Part shown: positions 10,078 through 20,519 of the stretch, piece after piece
Layout: every line of letters starts with the position of its first letter
Numbering within the stretch: the stretch's first letter is position 1
Assembly (NCBI GenBank): GCA_977017575.1
Contig: CDRNVI010000019.1
Span: forward strand, 434,001 to 498,000
Reading direction: 5' to 3'
From: Paramoeba atlantica
Lineage: Eukaryota > Protista > Discosea
DNA length: 64,000 nucleotides
Notes under the pieces: model-generated
What the model was told of the DNA's origin: nothing
The model's input: the letters and a program-made list of their open reading frames with translations, nothing else
The model's database searches: none
Made by a program: the position numbers and the translations under genes

Positions 10078-10509
10078 TATGCTGTGGATCACAGCAAGGA
10101 ATTTGTCACCTATCAAGGGTACCACACCAATCATGCGGAGGGTGTGCACGGTACCTTAAAGGGGTGGGTGAAACGGCAACACTACAACTTCGGTTCGAAA
10201 CCTATGGACTTACAGCGAAATGTCACCCTTCAGTGTGTAAAGTTTGGAAACATACATCACGCTCGTGAACAGGCATGGCACCTCCGCATGCAAAACATTC
10301 TTCTGTGCGTCAAAAAGCCACTACGGTGCATTTAATCGCGATTGGAATGGGGAAGATTTGAGTGAGAGTAGCGGGACCGATTCGGAATGAGAAATTTTTA
10401 ATGGTTTCGGTTTAGTACTCAACGAACTCCCGGATTTTCGTTGAGAACTCAAAGAACGTATCCCCAACCCAAATCGGCTATCAACCTCAACATAAAGAAA
10501 ATCAACATA

Positions 10510-11941
10510 CTGTGCCCCCCCCACTTATAGTGCCGCGGTTTTCGACCAAACGGCACCACAAGTGGGGGGGTAGTATGTTTCAGGTCGAGTATCAAAATTT
10601 TCCCCCTCAAAAAACTTGAATGAGATAAGTACAACCCCCAGGAATCCTGTGGAAGTCACAATTAGTGGGGATTCTATGAACCCGATGGGCTGTGTACTCA
10701 TCCACTACAAGAGCTGTCGCAGGTTGCGAACCTCCAAGTAAGGAAGCTTGATCGTGCATGATCTCTTCAAATACATGACGGTTCATCCAACCAGTCGAAG
10801 TTACGTACACCTTCAAAGCGTTGTCGAGCGTCCGAGCAACATGACGTCGAGCGTCTCGCAGTATGCGGGACTTTTCATCTTCTGCATTGGACTTGAACAG
10901 TACCGTAGGAACAAGAGGAAGAGCTTTTCTGTTGTGAACATCGCAAACACCGGAAAGAAAAACAGTTATACTTTCCTTGTCGTTTGTGGTTACGACTTGC
11001 ACGTTACGAAGCCCTATGGGAGCCAATGTTACTCCCGTATTTTCACCATCAACGGGAAGAGACGTTTCATCCCCAAATATCACATACGCGTAGGAACGGA
11101 CTTGATTTTGTATGTAGAGCTGCCGTGCCCAAGCTCGTATTCGCGAGCCCACGTCGGAAGGACCCACGTAGTGGACACGTCCAAATCTTCGGTTTGTCCA
11201 CCGGAAAAGACGCTTGAAGCGCTTGTATATGCGTTCCTTCGTCTCATGGGCAAAGCCTTGAAGCTGTATTCCGTATGTTTCCATAACGGAAAAGACGAAT
11301 GCCTTCGTTGCAACATGTTTACCATTGACTCCTTGGAGCAATTTAAGGTGCACTTTCCTTAAAATTGCCTTCCGCTCTTTGTTAAGTCTCTCTGGCGCTT
11401 TCTTCACTTGAGACCACGATTAATACGTGATTGATAAAAAGAGGCACCGTTGCTTTTAATACTTCGGACAGTTCTTAAACTGATCCGATACTTTTCGCTC
11501 AGCTTTTTTGTGTCCAATTCGCTCAGACACACATTCAACTTCTCTTGCATAGTCAAACACACTCTAGAGGTCCTAGGTGTGCTCATCGGAAGAGAATCAA
11601 GTGTGTTGGGGGAAAGACGGCTGGCCACCGGGGGACCAATTCTCGGCGCTGGCGGAATCACCGTAAACCAGCGTCCCAAAGGACCTGAAATCGCCGATCC
11701 ACGAGCGTGCGCTTTGTCTAGCGTCTCGTTCTCGTTCGAATCGACAGTCATTGAAAGGATAAAGGGAACTATTAATAAAGTTTCAATGATTTCCATAAAA
11801 GAAAATATTAAAATTTTACGCTACATTTACTCTACCTTTTTGGTAAAAAAAATTGGTCAATTTTTTTCGGACAATTTGTTTTCTTCTAAACGGCACTATA
11901 AGTGGGGGGTACCCCGCGGCACTATAAGTGGGGGGGCACAG
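10510..11941 (-). mobile_element. pogo-like (IS630/Tc1/mariner superfamily) element, TA TSD, internally deleted
   Basis: TA|CTGTGCCCCCCCCACTTATAGTGCCGCGG at the left end and its reverse complement ending GGGCACAG|TA at the right; contains HTH and DDE coding segments. Confidence 0.88.
10607..11796 (-). pseudogene. pogo-type transposase: HTH part (11404-11796) and DDE part (10607-11407), frameshifted and truncated before the third Asp
   Basis: LTMQEKLNVC..LSEKYRIS.RTVRSI (HTH); VIFGDETSL; LVVDEYTAH; IPGGCTYLIQV then stop. Confidence 0.8.
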
Positions 11942-12358
11942 TAAACACAATCAACATGAAGAAAATCAACATAAAGAAAATTTACCGCTTTGGACATGTT
12001 TCGGTTTCCAGACGTTTCTTGTCCTTTTTCCCTTTTTCCTCGCTCTTTTTCTTGTCTTTGATGTCTTGTTAGGGACTTGATAGACTCTGACGGGTTGCCA
12101 GACGTGTATTAGTTGGGTCTACGCTAAACGTCCCTGCATCAAAAGCCCCCCCCCCAGATTTGCGCTGGACAAATTTTGATCTGGAAACTGGAAACAAGTC
12201 CCGTCTACTATAAACCCAAAGGGGGCGGGCATACCTAAAACTTTAATAAAGCAAAATGTAGTTTTTTCGCGAGTTAAAATGACGAGGATTCGCCAGATCA
12301 TGCGAGATCATGTGAGATCTCTCCGGAGCGGATTTGGCTCGCGAGAGTGGTTGGACGC

Positions 12359-12735
12359 GGGGAAAGTCAAGGAATATTGCATAAGTCAAGGAATATTGCA
12401 TAAGCCGTAAATTGCTTATTTTTGTTTCCTCATGCGCGAGCGTCGGGTGAATTGGTTTATTGAAGCTTGTGACGACTTTCATTGCATTGAATATTTCTCT
12501 TTGAACAATTTTGGAGAAATCAGTGCTGTCCTAGGGCTTCCCTGGCTCATCGGCCCGGCCGGCCCCTCGGTGCGTTCGGCCTCAAAACAACTTGTATTCC
12601 CCAAAACAACTACCACCTTCCCCCCTCAACTCCGAGAACTCACCGGGAGCAGGACAGAAGTGCAAGGGCTTTAATTTCATTGGTCCTGACTTATGCAATA
12701 TTCCTTGACTAATGCAATATTACTTTACTTTGGCC
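12359..12735. mobile_element. MITE with GG...CC termini and 9-bp TSD (Merlin- or Mutator-type)
   Basis: GTTGGACGC at 12350-12358 and 12736-12744. Inverted arms are built from tandem AAGGAATATTGCATAAGTC units. Confidence 0.8.
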
Positions 12736-12946
12736 GTTGGACGCTGTCGAAACGAGATCACGTGAGACCACGCGAGATCATATCCGCAGCCCCTCATGTG
12801 TAAACAAGCGAACAAACTTCTGCTAAGCAACATACGGTAACACGAAGAAATATTGTACAAATCTTGTATTAAGTGGGAAACTTAAAGTTCAAGGAGGAAA
12901 TCATTCTAAGAATTTCCGAGAAGAATAGTGAAATTCTTTAAAAGGG

Positions 12947-13501
12947 TTAAGCAAAATCCGACAGCTTTAATTCTGTATGATCCATGTCTGAACTTTCAGT
13001 TGACGTTTCGGAAGATTCTTCCTCTTCCGTGGCACAAACACTCTTTGTCTCGCGATCTTTATCGTAGTCCTCAAGCTCCGAATCATGTTTCAGTAATTCA
13101 ATCTCAATATCCTCATAGCCTTTGCCTGCTATGGTCTGCAAGGGAGTAGCGTTCATTGCATTACGTGAACATACAGACCAACCAGCGTCAAGAAGAAGCC
13201 GGACGGCTTCTGCCTGGTTGTTCAAAGCAGCCCAGTGAAGTGCTGTATTGCCCCCCAATGTTTTGGCTTCGCGTTGCAAAACTTTACCATACGGTTCACT
13301 CATTAGAAATCGCATAACATCGGCGTTACCATTTGCAGCTGCACAGTGCATCATGGTCAATCCTGAGTCATTTGAACAGTTGGGATCATTAGCAGTGCTC
13401 TCCAAAACACGTTGGATTTCTTGTATATCTCCACTTGATCCGACACGAGCGCAGGCTAAAAGATCCTGTATTTGACCTTCACAACTTGGTGTATGCGACA
13501 T
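12947..13501 (-). CDS. Ankyrin-repeat protein with acidic tail, Yar1-like
   Basis: 184 aa; SGLTMMHCAAANG and GNTALHWAALNN repeats; E/S-rich C-terminus. Confidence 0.75.
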   Translation of the reverse strand: MSHTPSCEGQIQDLLACARVGSSGDIQEIQRVLESTANDPNCSNDSGLTMMHCAAANGNADVMRFLMSEPYGKVLQREAKTLGGNTALHWAALNNQAEAVRLLLDAGWSVCSRNAMNATPLQTIAGKGYEDIEIELLKHDSELEDYDKDRETKSVCATEEEESSETSTESSDMDHTELKLSDFA

Positions 13502-13897
13502 TTTAAAAAATAAGATGAAAAAGAGCGTTAGAATTAGGCAGTGGATTCTATACTTCGATAATTTAAGCTAAGATTTAGAATTATTTTTACTTCGTCAGGC
13601 ATGTACATGGATATAGGCATGTACGTGTATGCATAAACATGGTACGTGTATGCATAAACGCATACGTTTATAAATACTCGGGACAGATAACAAGGGGGGA
13701 CACTAAAAAGAAAATGTATCTGCAAGTAAAGCATGCTTATATACAGGGGAATCATGGACGCTTCTCCCTCAGGAAATGAATTGAGGTGTGTTGATGCTAA
13801 ATGATATATTGAAATACAGTACATGGGAATTATTTGTTGCAATAAACTCAAGCCGTATCATGCCGTCAAATTGGACACCCTTTTCTTTCAAAATTTC

Positions 13898-15061
13898 TTA
13901 GTGAAATGAAAATAATGTCCCGGTCTCTTTTCTAAGTGTAATAAACATTGAGTGCTCTGCGTCACCTCTAAGCTCAAATATATTTGGGTATCTTTGAAGG
14001 AAACGAATGAGTATATTCGTAGAAGGCCACACAAAGAGATCAAAGTCATCAGTATCAAGCATCATTTTGACCATTTCACGGTGAGTGATATCCCCCCAGC
14101 GTTCGATATGTGTTCGCAGACGGTGGTGAAAACGCTCCTCAGCTCTCATCAAAGACGTTCGTCGAAGGTCATCTGCAGCATCGCAACTATGCAGCATGTG
14201 AGGACGAGCAATACGCAACTCATTCTTCCCTGCAAGCTCGACGAATAGGTGACGGTGTCTGTGAATGAAATCTCGAAAGCAACCCGTTGTGCGAAGCAAA
14301 GTATCAGCCACGCAAGGTGGTATCATTCCGGAGTCACGCAGCTTATTCTGAATCAGATTGCAGTTCATGCTGCCACGGTATGGATTGTACACCTCGTCAT
14401 CGAGAAGTTCCACAACTTCCTTCGCAATGCGCACCTCACGAGGGTGAATCCCAACCTCATGGTAGTGATTATTGAAGGGAGCCCCGCAGCAGACCTCTAA
14501 GCAAAACACGGACGGTTGGATCGTCAGTAAATGAGAGCAACACACACAATTGGAATCCGGGCTCAAGGTACCAAGGTACAAACGCTCGGTACGATTTACA
14601 GTAAGATGACAAATCAATTGCAGCCCATCCGGCCACGTGCTTCGTGACGGGTACACTAGTGAGAGACAACTGCTTAAATCGAGCAAATTGCGCAAGGGAA
14701 GTACTTGTAAGTCATCCATAGCAGGTGCCGTCGCCGTTACCTGAGAGCCTGGTTGAAGCACGGGGCACATAAGAACTTGCAACCCATTCAACAAAACGCA
14801 AACCGTGGCTTTATTGTGAGAAAACACACCTGGTGGTTCGACGGAGTGTGTATAAAAAGTGGACGGTTCTCGTGTAGAGGAGCGAGAAATCTGTTCCGAA
14901 AGTTCGACAAATTTATTTGTGGTCTCCATCCCTTCAACGGAAGTGAAATGTGTTCTCACGGGAGGATGATTTATTAGAGCATGCTGCAAATACCGATAAA
15001 ATCGAAAGATTCCAACAGAAAAATCTAAAGTAATATTATCAGCATGGAGATGAATAAGCAT
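13898..15061 (-). CDS. Hypothetical protein; true start probably 14929 (METTNK), which directly follows an AG
   Basis: 387-aa ORF on the gene strand; two similar C-terminal segments (FRDFIHRHRHLF, LIRFLQRYPNIF). Confidence 0.65.
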   Translation of the reverse strand: MLIHLHADNITLDFSVGIFRFYRYLQHALINHPPVRTHFTSVEGMETTNKFVELSEQISRSSTREPSTFYTHSVEPPGVFSHNKATVCVLLNGLQVLMCPVLQPGSQVTATAPAMDDLQVLPLRNLLDLSSCLSLVYPSRSTWPDGLQLICHLTVNRTERLYLGTLSPDSNCVCCSHLLTIQPSVFCLEVCCGAPFNNHYHEVGIHPREVRIAKEVVELLDDEVYNPYRGSMNCNLIQNKLRDSGMIPPCVADTLLRTTGCFRDFIHRHRHLFVELAGKNELRIARPHMLHSCDAADDLRRTSLMRAEERFHHRLRTHIERWGDITHREMVKMMLDTDDFDLFVWPSTNILIRFLQRYPNIFELRGDAEHSMFITLRKETGTLFSFH

Positions 15062-15305
15062 ACTACAGATGAATGGTTAATTACAATGTAATTTGTTTTT
15101 TATGCTCTCTGGCAAACATGGTGGTTCCTTTCAGCTTACAGAAGAAGGTACCACTGCTGCACACTTCGCATTGAAAAGTACCTCCGCATTTACCGAAGAG
15201 TCTAAAAAAGATGGCAAATATCAAGAATAATTCATTTTTTGGGTGAAAATACTAGATTTTTTTGCAGTCGGCGAAAATACATGTATGAAACTCGTCTACC
15301 TAAGC

Positions 15306-16289
15306 TCACAATGCCAGCGCTACGTTATCCATCACGAAAAGAGATAAAAATGCTTCAGCGAAGTTTAACAGGCGCCGTAGCGCATGCACATATTCACGGA
15401 TTGATGGATTGTTCATCCAATGCTTTAAATTGACAAATGCAATTTTTTCGCGACTTACCTGGGAATGTGCGAGAGATAGAGAGGCTCCGAGTGGCCAAGG
15501 GTGATTTCCGATGGAAAGCTGAAAATACCTTTGGTGAGCCTCCACGAAATCTTGGTTTGGATAGATGGAATATAAAATGGAATAAAAATGTCGAACGAGT
15601 TCTTCGTTCGTCCTGCCCGTTTTAAGATTCACAAGAAGGGGAAGTAATGATTTCTGCGTTTCTAAAAGTTTTGCGCCACCTTTGAATGGAGAAGTGTATT
15701 TCGTGTGATGCCCTTTACAACCTTCAGAAGCGCCGAAAAAGTCAAGAATGTGTGACTGAATCCAGGCGGACAGAATAAAGCATATAGAATGTAAAACATA
15801 TTTTTCTTTTTCTTCGGTGAGTTGGATTCCTTTTTCATCAATCGAATCTTTTGTGTTGAGGAATGACCTTTTGTCGTCCCGAGGTACAGACCTTACGAAT
15901 CCATCAAGCTTTCTTTTGGAAGTCGTTAATACTTTCTCTGCAAATTGAGACGACACAGTATCGCTTTTCACTTCGTAGAGGTCACAAAGAAAGGCTTGTA
16001 ACTCTTTATCAAATACGGGAGCTTTGGGCGTCCTTTCAATGTCATGATTATCTTCAGTGGCATTTCTAAATCCTACTTCCCCTGTATGCAAGTCAGACGG
16101 TGATAGACACGAGCGCACTTCCTTAATAGATCCGTCACAGATTTCATCACACAGATCAATGTTCAACGTGTTCGAGCTGGAAAGATCTTCAATTTTAGAC
16201 AAAGTCGAAACTACTTTTAGATCCGGTTGATTCGGAGACGGTTTCCGCCTCCTCAACGCGCGCGACTGTGATGATAGCTCGGACCACAT
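15306..16289 (-). CDS. PRP18: Pre-mRNA splicing factor Prp18
   Basis: YFQLSIGNHPWPLG...SREKI...HWMNNPSIREYVHALRRLL matches the Prp18 C-terminal signature. Confidence 0.85.
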   Translation of the reverse strand: MWSELSSQSRALRRRKPSPNQPDLKVVSTLSKIEDLSSSNTLNIDLCDEICDGSIKEVRSCLSPSDLHTGEVGFRNATEDNHDIERTPKAPVFDKELQAFLCDLYEVKSDTVSSQFAEKVLTTSKRKLDGFVRSVPRDDKRSFLNTKDSIDEKGIQLTEEKEKYVLHSICFILSAWIQSHILDFFGASEGCKGHHTKYTSPFKGGAKLLETQKSLLPLLVNLKTGRTNEELVRHFYSILYSIYPNQDFVEAHQRYFQLSIGNHPWPLGASLSLAHSQVSREKIAFVNLKHWMNNPSIREYVHALRRLLNFAEAFLSLFVMDNVALAL

Positions 16290-16427
16290 ATACCATATTT
16301 CTTATTTATTTGAAAATAGCTTTTGAATAATGAAAAAGAGTACAAAAAGTGGCAAAATTATCTTTAGTATTCTTCATGGTACAGGTGGAGATGTATTTAC
16401 GGCAGTCTTTATTTACGGATAATATTA

Positions 16428-16673
16428 CTGTACTCCCCCCTACTTATCTGTCACTACTTTTCGCGAAAAGGTGACAGATAACTAGGGGGGTAGGGGTGTG
16501 ACAGATAACTAGGGGGGTAGGGGTGTGACAGATAACTAGGGAGGGGGTCTCTAAAAAAGGCGGTAAATCTCTTCGCTAGGAAGACGAGGTCTCTCCAATG
16601 CTGCAAAGATGAGCAAAAACGGATCAAAAAAATCAAAATTCCGAGGGGGGGGCAAGATCAACTGAAACCACTG
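16428..16673. mobile_element. TA-flanked MITE remnant with mismatched ends and a 27-bp tandem repeat (16471-16545)
   Basis: TA|CTGTACTCCCCCC left end; GTGACAGATAACTAGGGGGGTAGGGGT about 2.7 times; right end CCACTG|TA homologous to the TIR of 17042-18555. Confidence 0.6.
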
Positions 16674-17041
16674 TATAGACGTTTATGGCCCCTGGCATTC
16701 AAGAACAAGTAGCTGCGGCGGCCGCAGAATCGGATACGAACTAAGGTTCCAAAAGAAATTCATTTTCTTCCGAGGAAATGGAAAGTGTTGCAGGCCGCGC
16801 GTAGTTTTCTCCGTCGCAACAACATTGGTGTATTCTCCCGTACAATCCCGAAAATAATATCTTCAAATTTGGGCTTCCTGCAAAACTTAACGAATCAGAT
16901 AAAGCTACATATAACCAAGATGAGAAAAACTTACCTACAAGTGGATTCATGTACGGATAAACTATTTAAGGATAAAATCGCCAATTTCTTATCCTTTATC
17001 CGTAAATAAATATTTCCGTAAATATATCTCGGACGTAAATA

Positions 17042-18555
17042 CAGTCCGCGTCATATTGATCCCCCCCTCAGGAAAGTTTAGTTTTTTTATCCGATTTTGC
17101 TCATCTTTGCAGCATTCGAGAGATCTCGTTCCCGTAGGAAAGTATTTTGCCGTAATAAAACGTAAGGAGGGGGGGCGCCCCCTGGAGAGAATCCCAAACT
17201 TAGGAAACAACAGAAAAAGTTAGGAAAATGACAAAATTGATGTGCGATCGCCGCGTAGCTACAAAGCTTTTTTTCTAGGAATACGCATTTTTCATGTAAC
17301 TAAAGGTATTTTTAAGGGATTCAGACGGGGATACGTGCCGTTTCGGCCTCTTCGGGGTGCTGGAAGAAGAAGTCATGAAAAAATAAGCAATTTTTAATCT
17401 ATTCAAAATTTTAGTAAAAACAACGTGTTTTTACTATGTATGGAAATTATTTTCCATAATTTCGAAGCGTCTGGCTAAAGGGTAAAAACCAGGGGTCCTT
17501 AAAACTTTAGATATATAGTTTATAGTATTTCAAAAAAATTATGGTACTATAAATGGCATTTATAGTACTATAAATACTATAAATACTTTGAAAAACTTTA
17601 TTTCCAAGGGAAGCTCAAGCCAGGGGTCCCTAAAAATTTATAGATATAGTTTATAGTATTTCAAAAAAAATTATAGTACTATAAATGCCATTTATAGCAC
17701 TATAAATACTTTAAAGTGTTTGAGAAACTTTATTTTTAAGGGAGGTTAAAAGGGGTTCAAGAAGCCCAAAATTGTATTGGATGTTGTAAGGGGTGCTCAT
17801 CTCGGGGGCCTGGCGTTCGGCTCGCAGTTCCGGGGTTGAAAACCCTTTTCTGAGATGGCAGTCTCAGGGAGACTCCATGTTGAGGGTGTCAAAAGCTTGA
17901 CGAGAACTAGTTGGTCGGCGTCTGTACCATCAGTGAGATGGCAGTGTCAGGGAAGACCACGAGAAGGTCCCGACCTTGCTCCCCATGTTCAGGGTGTCAA
18001 AAGCTTAGTAAGTTGTGATCGTACTTTCCCCAGGGACAGAGCGCAGTCCCTTCGTAAGAAGCCACTTAAGGTTTGGGTCCTGCAAAGCAGCATTGCTAAC
18101 CCCATGATTGATTTTCCATAGGAGGTGTCGCTCAAATTCCTGTAATTGTGGTTTCACGGTGAAGGCATCCAAAGATCCTCGTTCCACACGTTTTTGACGC
18201 TGAGTGCTTCGCATCCACTCCTCAAAATTTAGGTCATGACTTTTAGTTCAAGTGCGTGAGGACCGAGGAGTAGGAGACTCGAATCCCCTTTTAGCAAAAA
18301 AAGGGTTTCGTCGTTCCGTCGCATATTTGGCATTTCTGAGAAACAAAAAAAATAAAGTTTTATATATAGTATTTAAAAGTTTATAGTACTATAAAAGTAC
18401 TATAATAAAAGTTTTAAAGTTTTAGAGACCCCTGGTAAAAACAGTGGCAAAGTACTTTCCTATGGGAACGAGATCTCTCGAATGCTGCATAGATGAGCAA
18501 AATCGGATAAAAAAACTAAAATTTCCTGAGTGGGGGATCAATATGACGAGGACTG
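17042..18555. mobile_element. Tc1/mariner-type MITE, ~110-bp TIRs, TA TSD, containing a nested hAT MITE
   Basis: TA|CAGTCC...GGACTG|TA; 17042-17150 is the near reverse complement of 18445-18555. Confidence 0.85.
17490..18434. mobile_element. hAT-type non-autonomous element, 8-bp TSD, duplicated left end
   Basis: GTAAAAAC at 17482-17489 and 18435-18442; termini CAGGGGTC...GACCCCTG; second left-end copy at 17621. Confidence 0.9.
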
Positions 18556-18630
18556 TATATCTCGGACGCACACATAACTGTATTGCCAAAGGTTCGAAAA
18601 CATAACTGCCATTTCAAAACAGTACAACTA

Positions 18631-19371
18631 TCACTTCGCGGGTAGGTCACTAAGGTTCATAAGTATGTTGACCGCTTCCTGAAAAACTTCGTGGCTAATG
18701 CTCTCGAGCAAGCCGTTACTCAAAAGAATGTTTTGAGAATTTTCTGCTTTCGGGGGGGTTACGTGCACTTTGTCTAACTCTATCTCAATCTCATAGATAA
18801 AAGAAGCTGAACCATCTTGTTTTATAGCTGTAGTTTCTGTAAGATCTAAGATCCACTTTTCTTTTTTGTATGAGTGGCGCACTTTTTTCCGTCTCATCAT
18901 GTTCCCACAATTTTCTGAAACAAAGTTTGAAACTTCTTTCTCCTCGCAAATACTAAACCGAACATCAAACTTTGAAGTGGATGATTGTGCATCAATAATC
19001 GCTAATTTCCTTTTGTTGGTGTATCCTTTTGAACACTGAGATACGTGGTCATATGAACTTCTAATTCCATTTTCGTATACGGTGTCAGTTTGCAACGAAG
19101 TGCCAACGTGAAGCCAACAAGAAGCTATACGCTCCTTAAAATTCGTGAAAACACTTTTTGAAACCCCTGGAACAAAACGCCAACGATTCATGTCCCCATG
19201 ACCTTGATACGAAATTTGCTTGCCAATCCGCAGTTCGATCTCGAGAGAAGCTTTAGAATCTATGGGGGTTTCAAAGTACTTTTTAATTGCATGGAAGATA
19301 TGATTCGTTATCTTAGCATTATCTCGCATTGGCAGCGGTCCGATTCGAGTGGGTGCTGAGTGCTCAGACAT
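18631..19371 (-). CDS. CET1: mRNA 5'-triphosphatase, Cet1/CYTH type
   Basis: EIELRIG motif A, R.KKVRHSY, LDLTET and YEIEIE motif C. Confidence 0.8.
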   Translation of the reverse strand: MSEHSAPTRIGPLPMRDNAKITNHIFHAIKKYFETPIDSKASLEIELRIGKQISYQGHGDMNRWRFVPGVSKSVFTNFKERIASCWLHVGTSLQTDTVYENGIRSSYDHVSQCSKGYTNKRKLAIIDAQSSTSKFDVRFSICEEKEVSNFVSENCGNMMRRKKVRHSYKKEKWILDLTETTAIKQDGSASFIYEIEIELDKVHVTPPKAENSQNILLSNGLLESISHEVFQEAVNILMNLSDLPAK

Positions 19372-19509
19372 TGTACAATAAGATTAGTAAATAAAAAAGT
19401 TTCACAGAACATAAACATCTTTGATCTTTTAATTTCACCCAGACGTAATAACATGACTATCCCGAATTTTGTCTCATGTGTAAGGTAAGAAATTAGCGTG
19501 AATTATTTA

Positions 19510-20301
19510 CTATATGTATTTATAATTGGGGTCAACCTTTATTCCCGTATGTATTGCGACTATTCCACCAGAAAGATTCGTGTACTTCACGTTAGAAAAA
19601 CCGGATGAAGCTATTCTTGCACTAAAAGCTTCCTGGCTCGGAAACATACGAATAGATTCGACCAAATATTGATAGCTATCCCAGTCGTCGGCAACTAATT
19701 TGCCCAATACGGGTATAGCTTGAAAGCTGTAGGCATCATATAGCGTGGATAACCCAGGGCACGTCACTTGGCTAAACTCCAAACAATGGAATGTTCCCCC
19801 ATTCTTCAGTACACGATGTGCCTGAGCCAACGCTTTGTTGAGATCGGGTACATTTCTCATGCCAAAAGCGCATATGAAAGAGTCAAAAGAAGATTCATGA
19901 AATTGGTCCTCCAATCTTTCGGCGTTTGCTTCCCGAAACTTAAAATCAATATTGGAGCAAGGATGATACCCGCACTCCGTTGCTCTTCTCTCCGCCTCTT
20001 GAAGCATTGCCTTGTTTATGTCAGTAATGACCAACGTGCAATTTTTGGATCGCGCTCTGTGCCAACTTTTAAGAACTCGAAAAGACACATCTCCGGTACC
20101 CCCGGCTACCTCTATAATAGAGCTATTCGCGGTAGGACGAATGCACTTTTCCACAAAGTAGTTCTTCCACCATCGATGAAGAAATCCACTCATTAGATCA
20201 TTCATAATATCATAGCGGGGCGCTACACCTTTAAACACCTTGTCGACTAGGGTTTGCTTAGTATCGACCGGTATTTTTCGGAATCCAAAATTCGTTGTCA
20301 T
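19510..20301 (-). CDS. COQ5: Ubiquinone C-methyltransferase COQ5/UbiE
   Basis: TNFGFRKI, VAPRYDIMNDLMSG.LHRWWK, EVAGGTGD, CLEFS and LVESIRMFPSQE. Confidence 0.95.
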   Translation of the reverse strand: MTTNFGFRKIPVDTKQTLVDKVFKGVAPRYDIMNDLMSGFLHRWWKNYFVEKCIRPTANSSIIEVAGGTGDVSFRVLKSWHRARSKNCTLVITDINKAMLQEAERRATECGYHPCSNIDFKFREANAERLEDQFHESSFDSFICAFGMRNVPDLNKALAQAHRVLKNGGTFHCLEFSQVTCPGLSTLYDAYSFQAIPVLGKLVADDWDSYQYLVESIRMFPSQEAFSARIASSGFSNVKYTNLSGGIVAIHTGIKVDPNYKYI

Positions 20302-20519
20302 GTCCGAGGTGGTAGACTTTAGGTATCGTAGGGTTGCTAAATGCTAAATGCACGGATTCCGTAAAAAAGAATAGACGGGATATACGAGTGCAAGTAAAAA
20401 AAAGCTTTTTGGCAATCGCATAGAAAGCAAAGTAGAATTAGAATATATTTTATAAACACATAGTTTTCTTTAGGCAAGGATCTCCCATACAAATATCATG
20501 TTTAGTATTTTTCTATGAG

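Larger units (their letters stand above)
7870..10335 (+). pseudogene. Merlin transposase pseudogene B, split by a ~1.3 kb insertion (about 8779-10077)
   Basis: N-half has QVDKTFIGKRKY and SD.WKAY (one frameshift) ending ...YAH at ~8778. C-half resumes YAVDHSKEFVTYQGYHTNHAEG..GTLK at 10078, matching Merlin H..VNHS..FV...G.HTN.IE...K. Confidence 0.8.

Noticed and set aside
18005-18214. Tyrosine-recombinase or hAT dimerisation-domain fragment inside the hAT MITE
   Set aside because: Similarity too weak; no diagnostic residues.
17023-18568. 13-bp direct repeat TATATCTCGGACG as a long TSD
   Set aside because: Removing the TA-flanked MITE leaves a pre-existing tandem repeat; TA is the simpler TSD.
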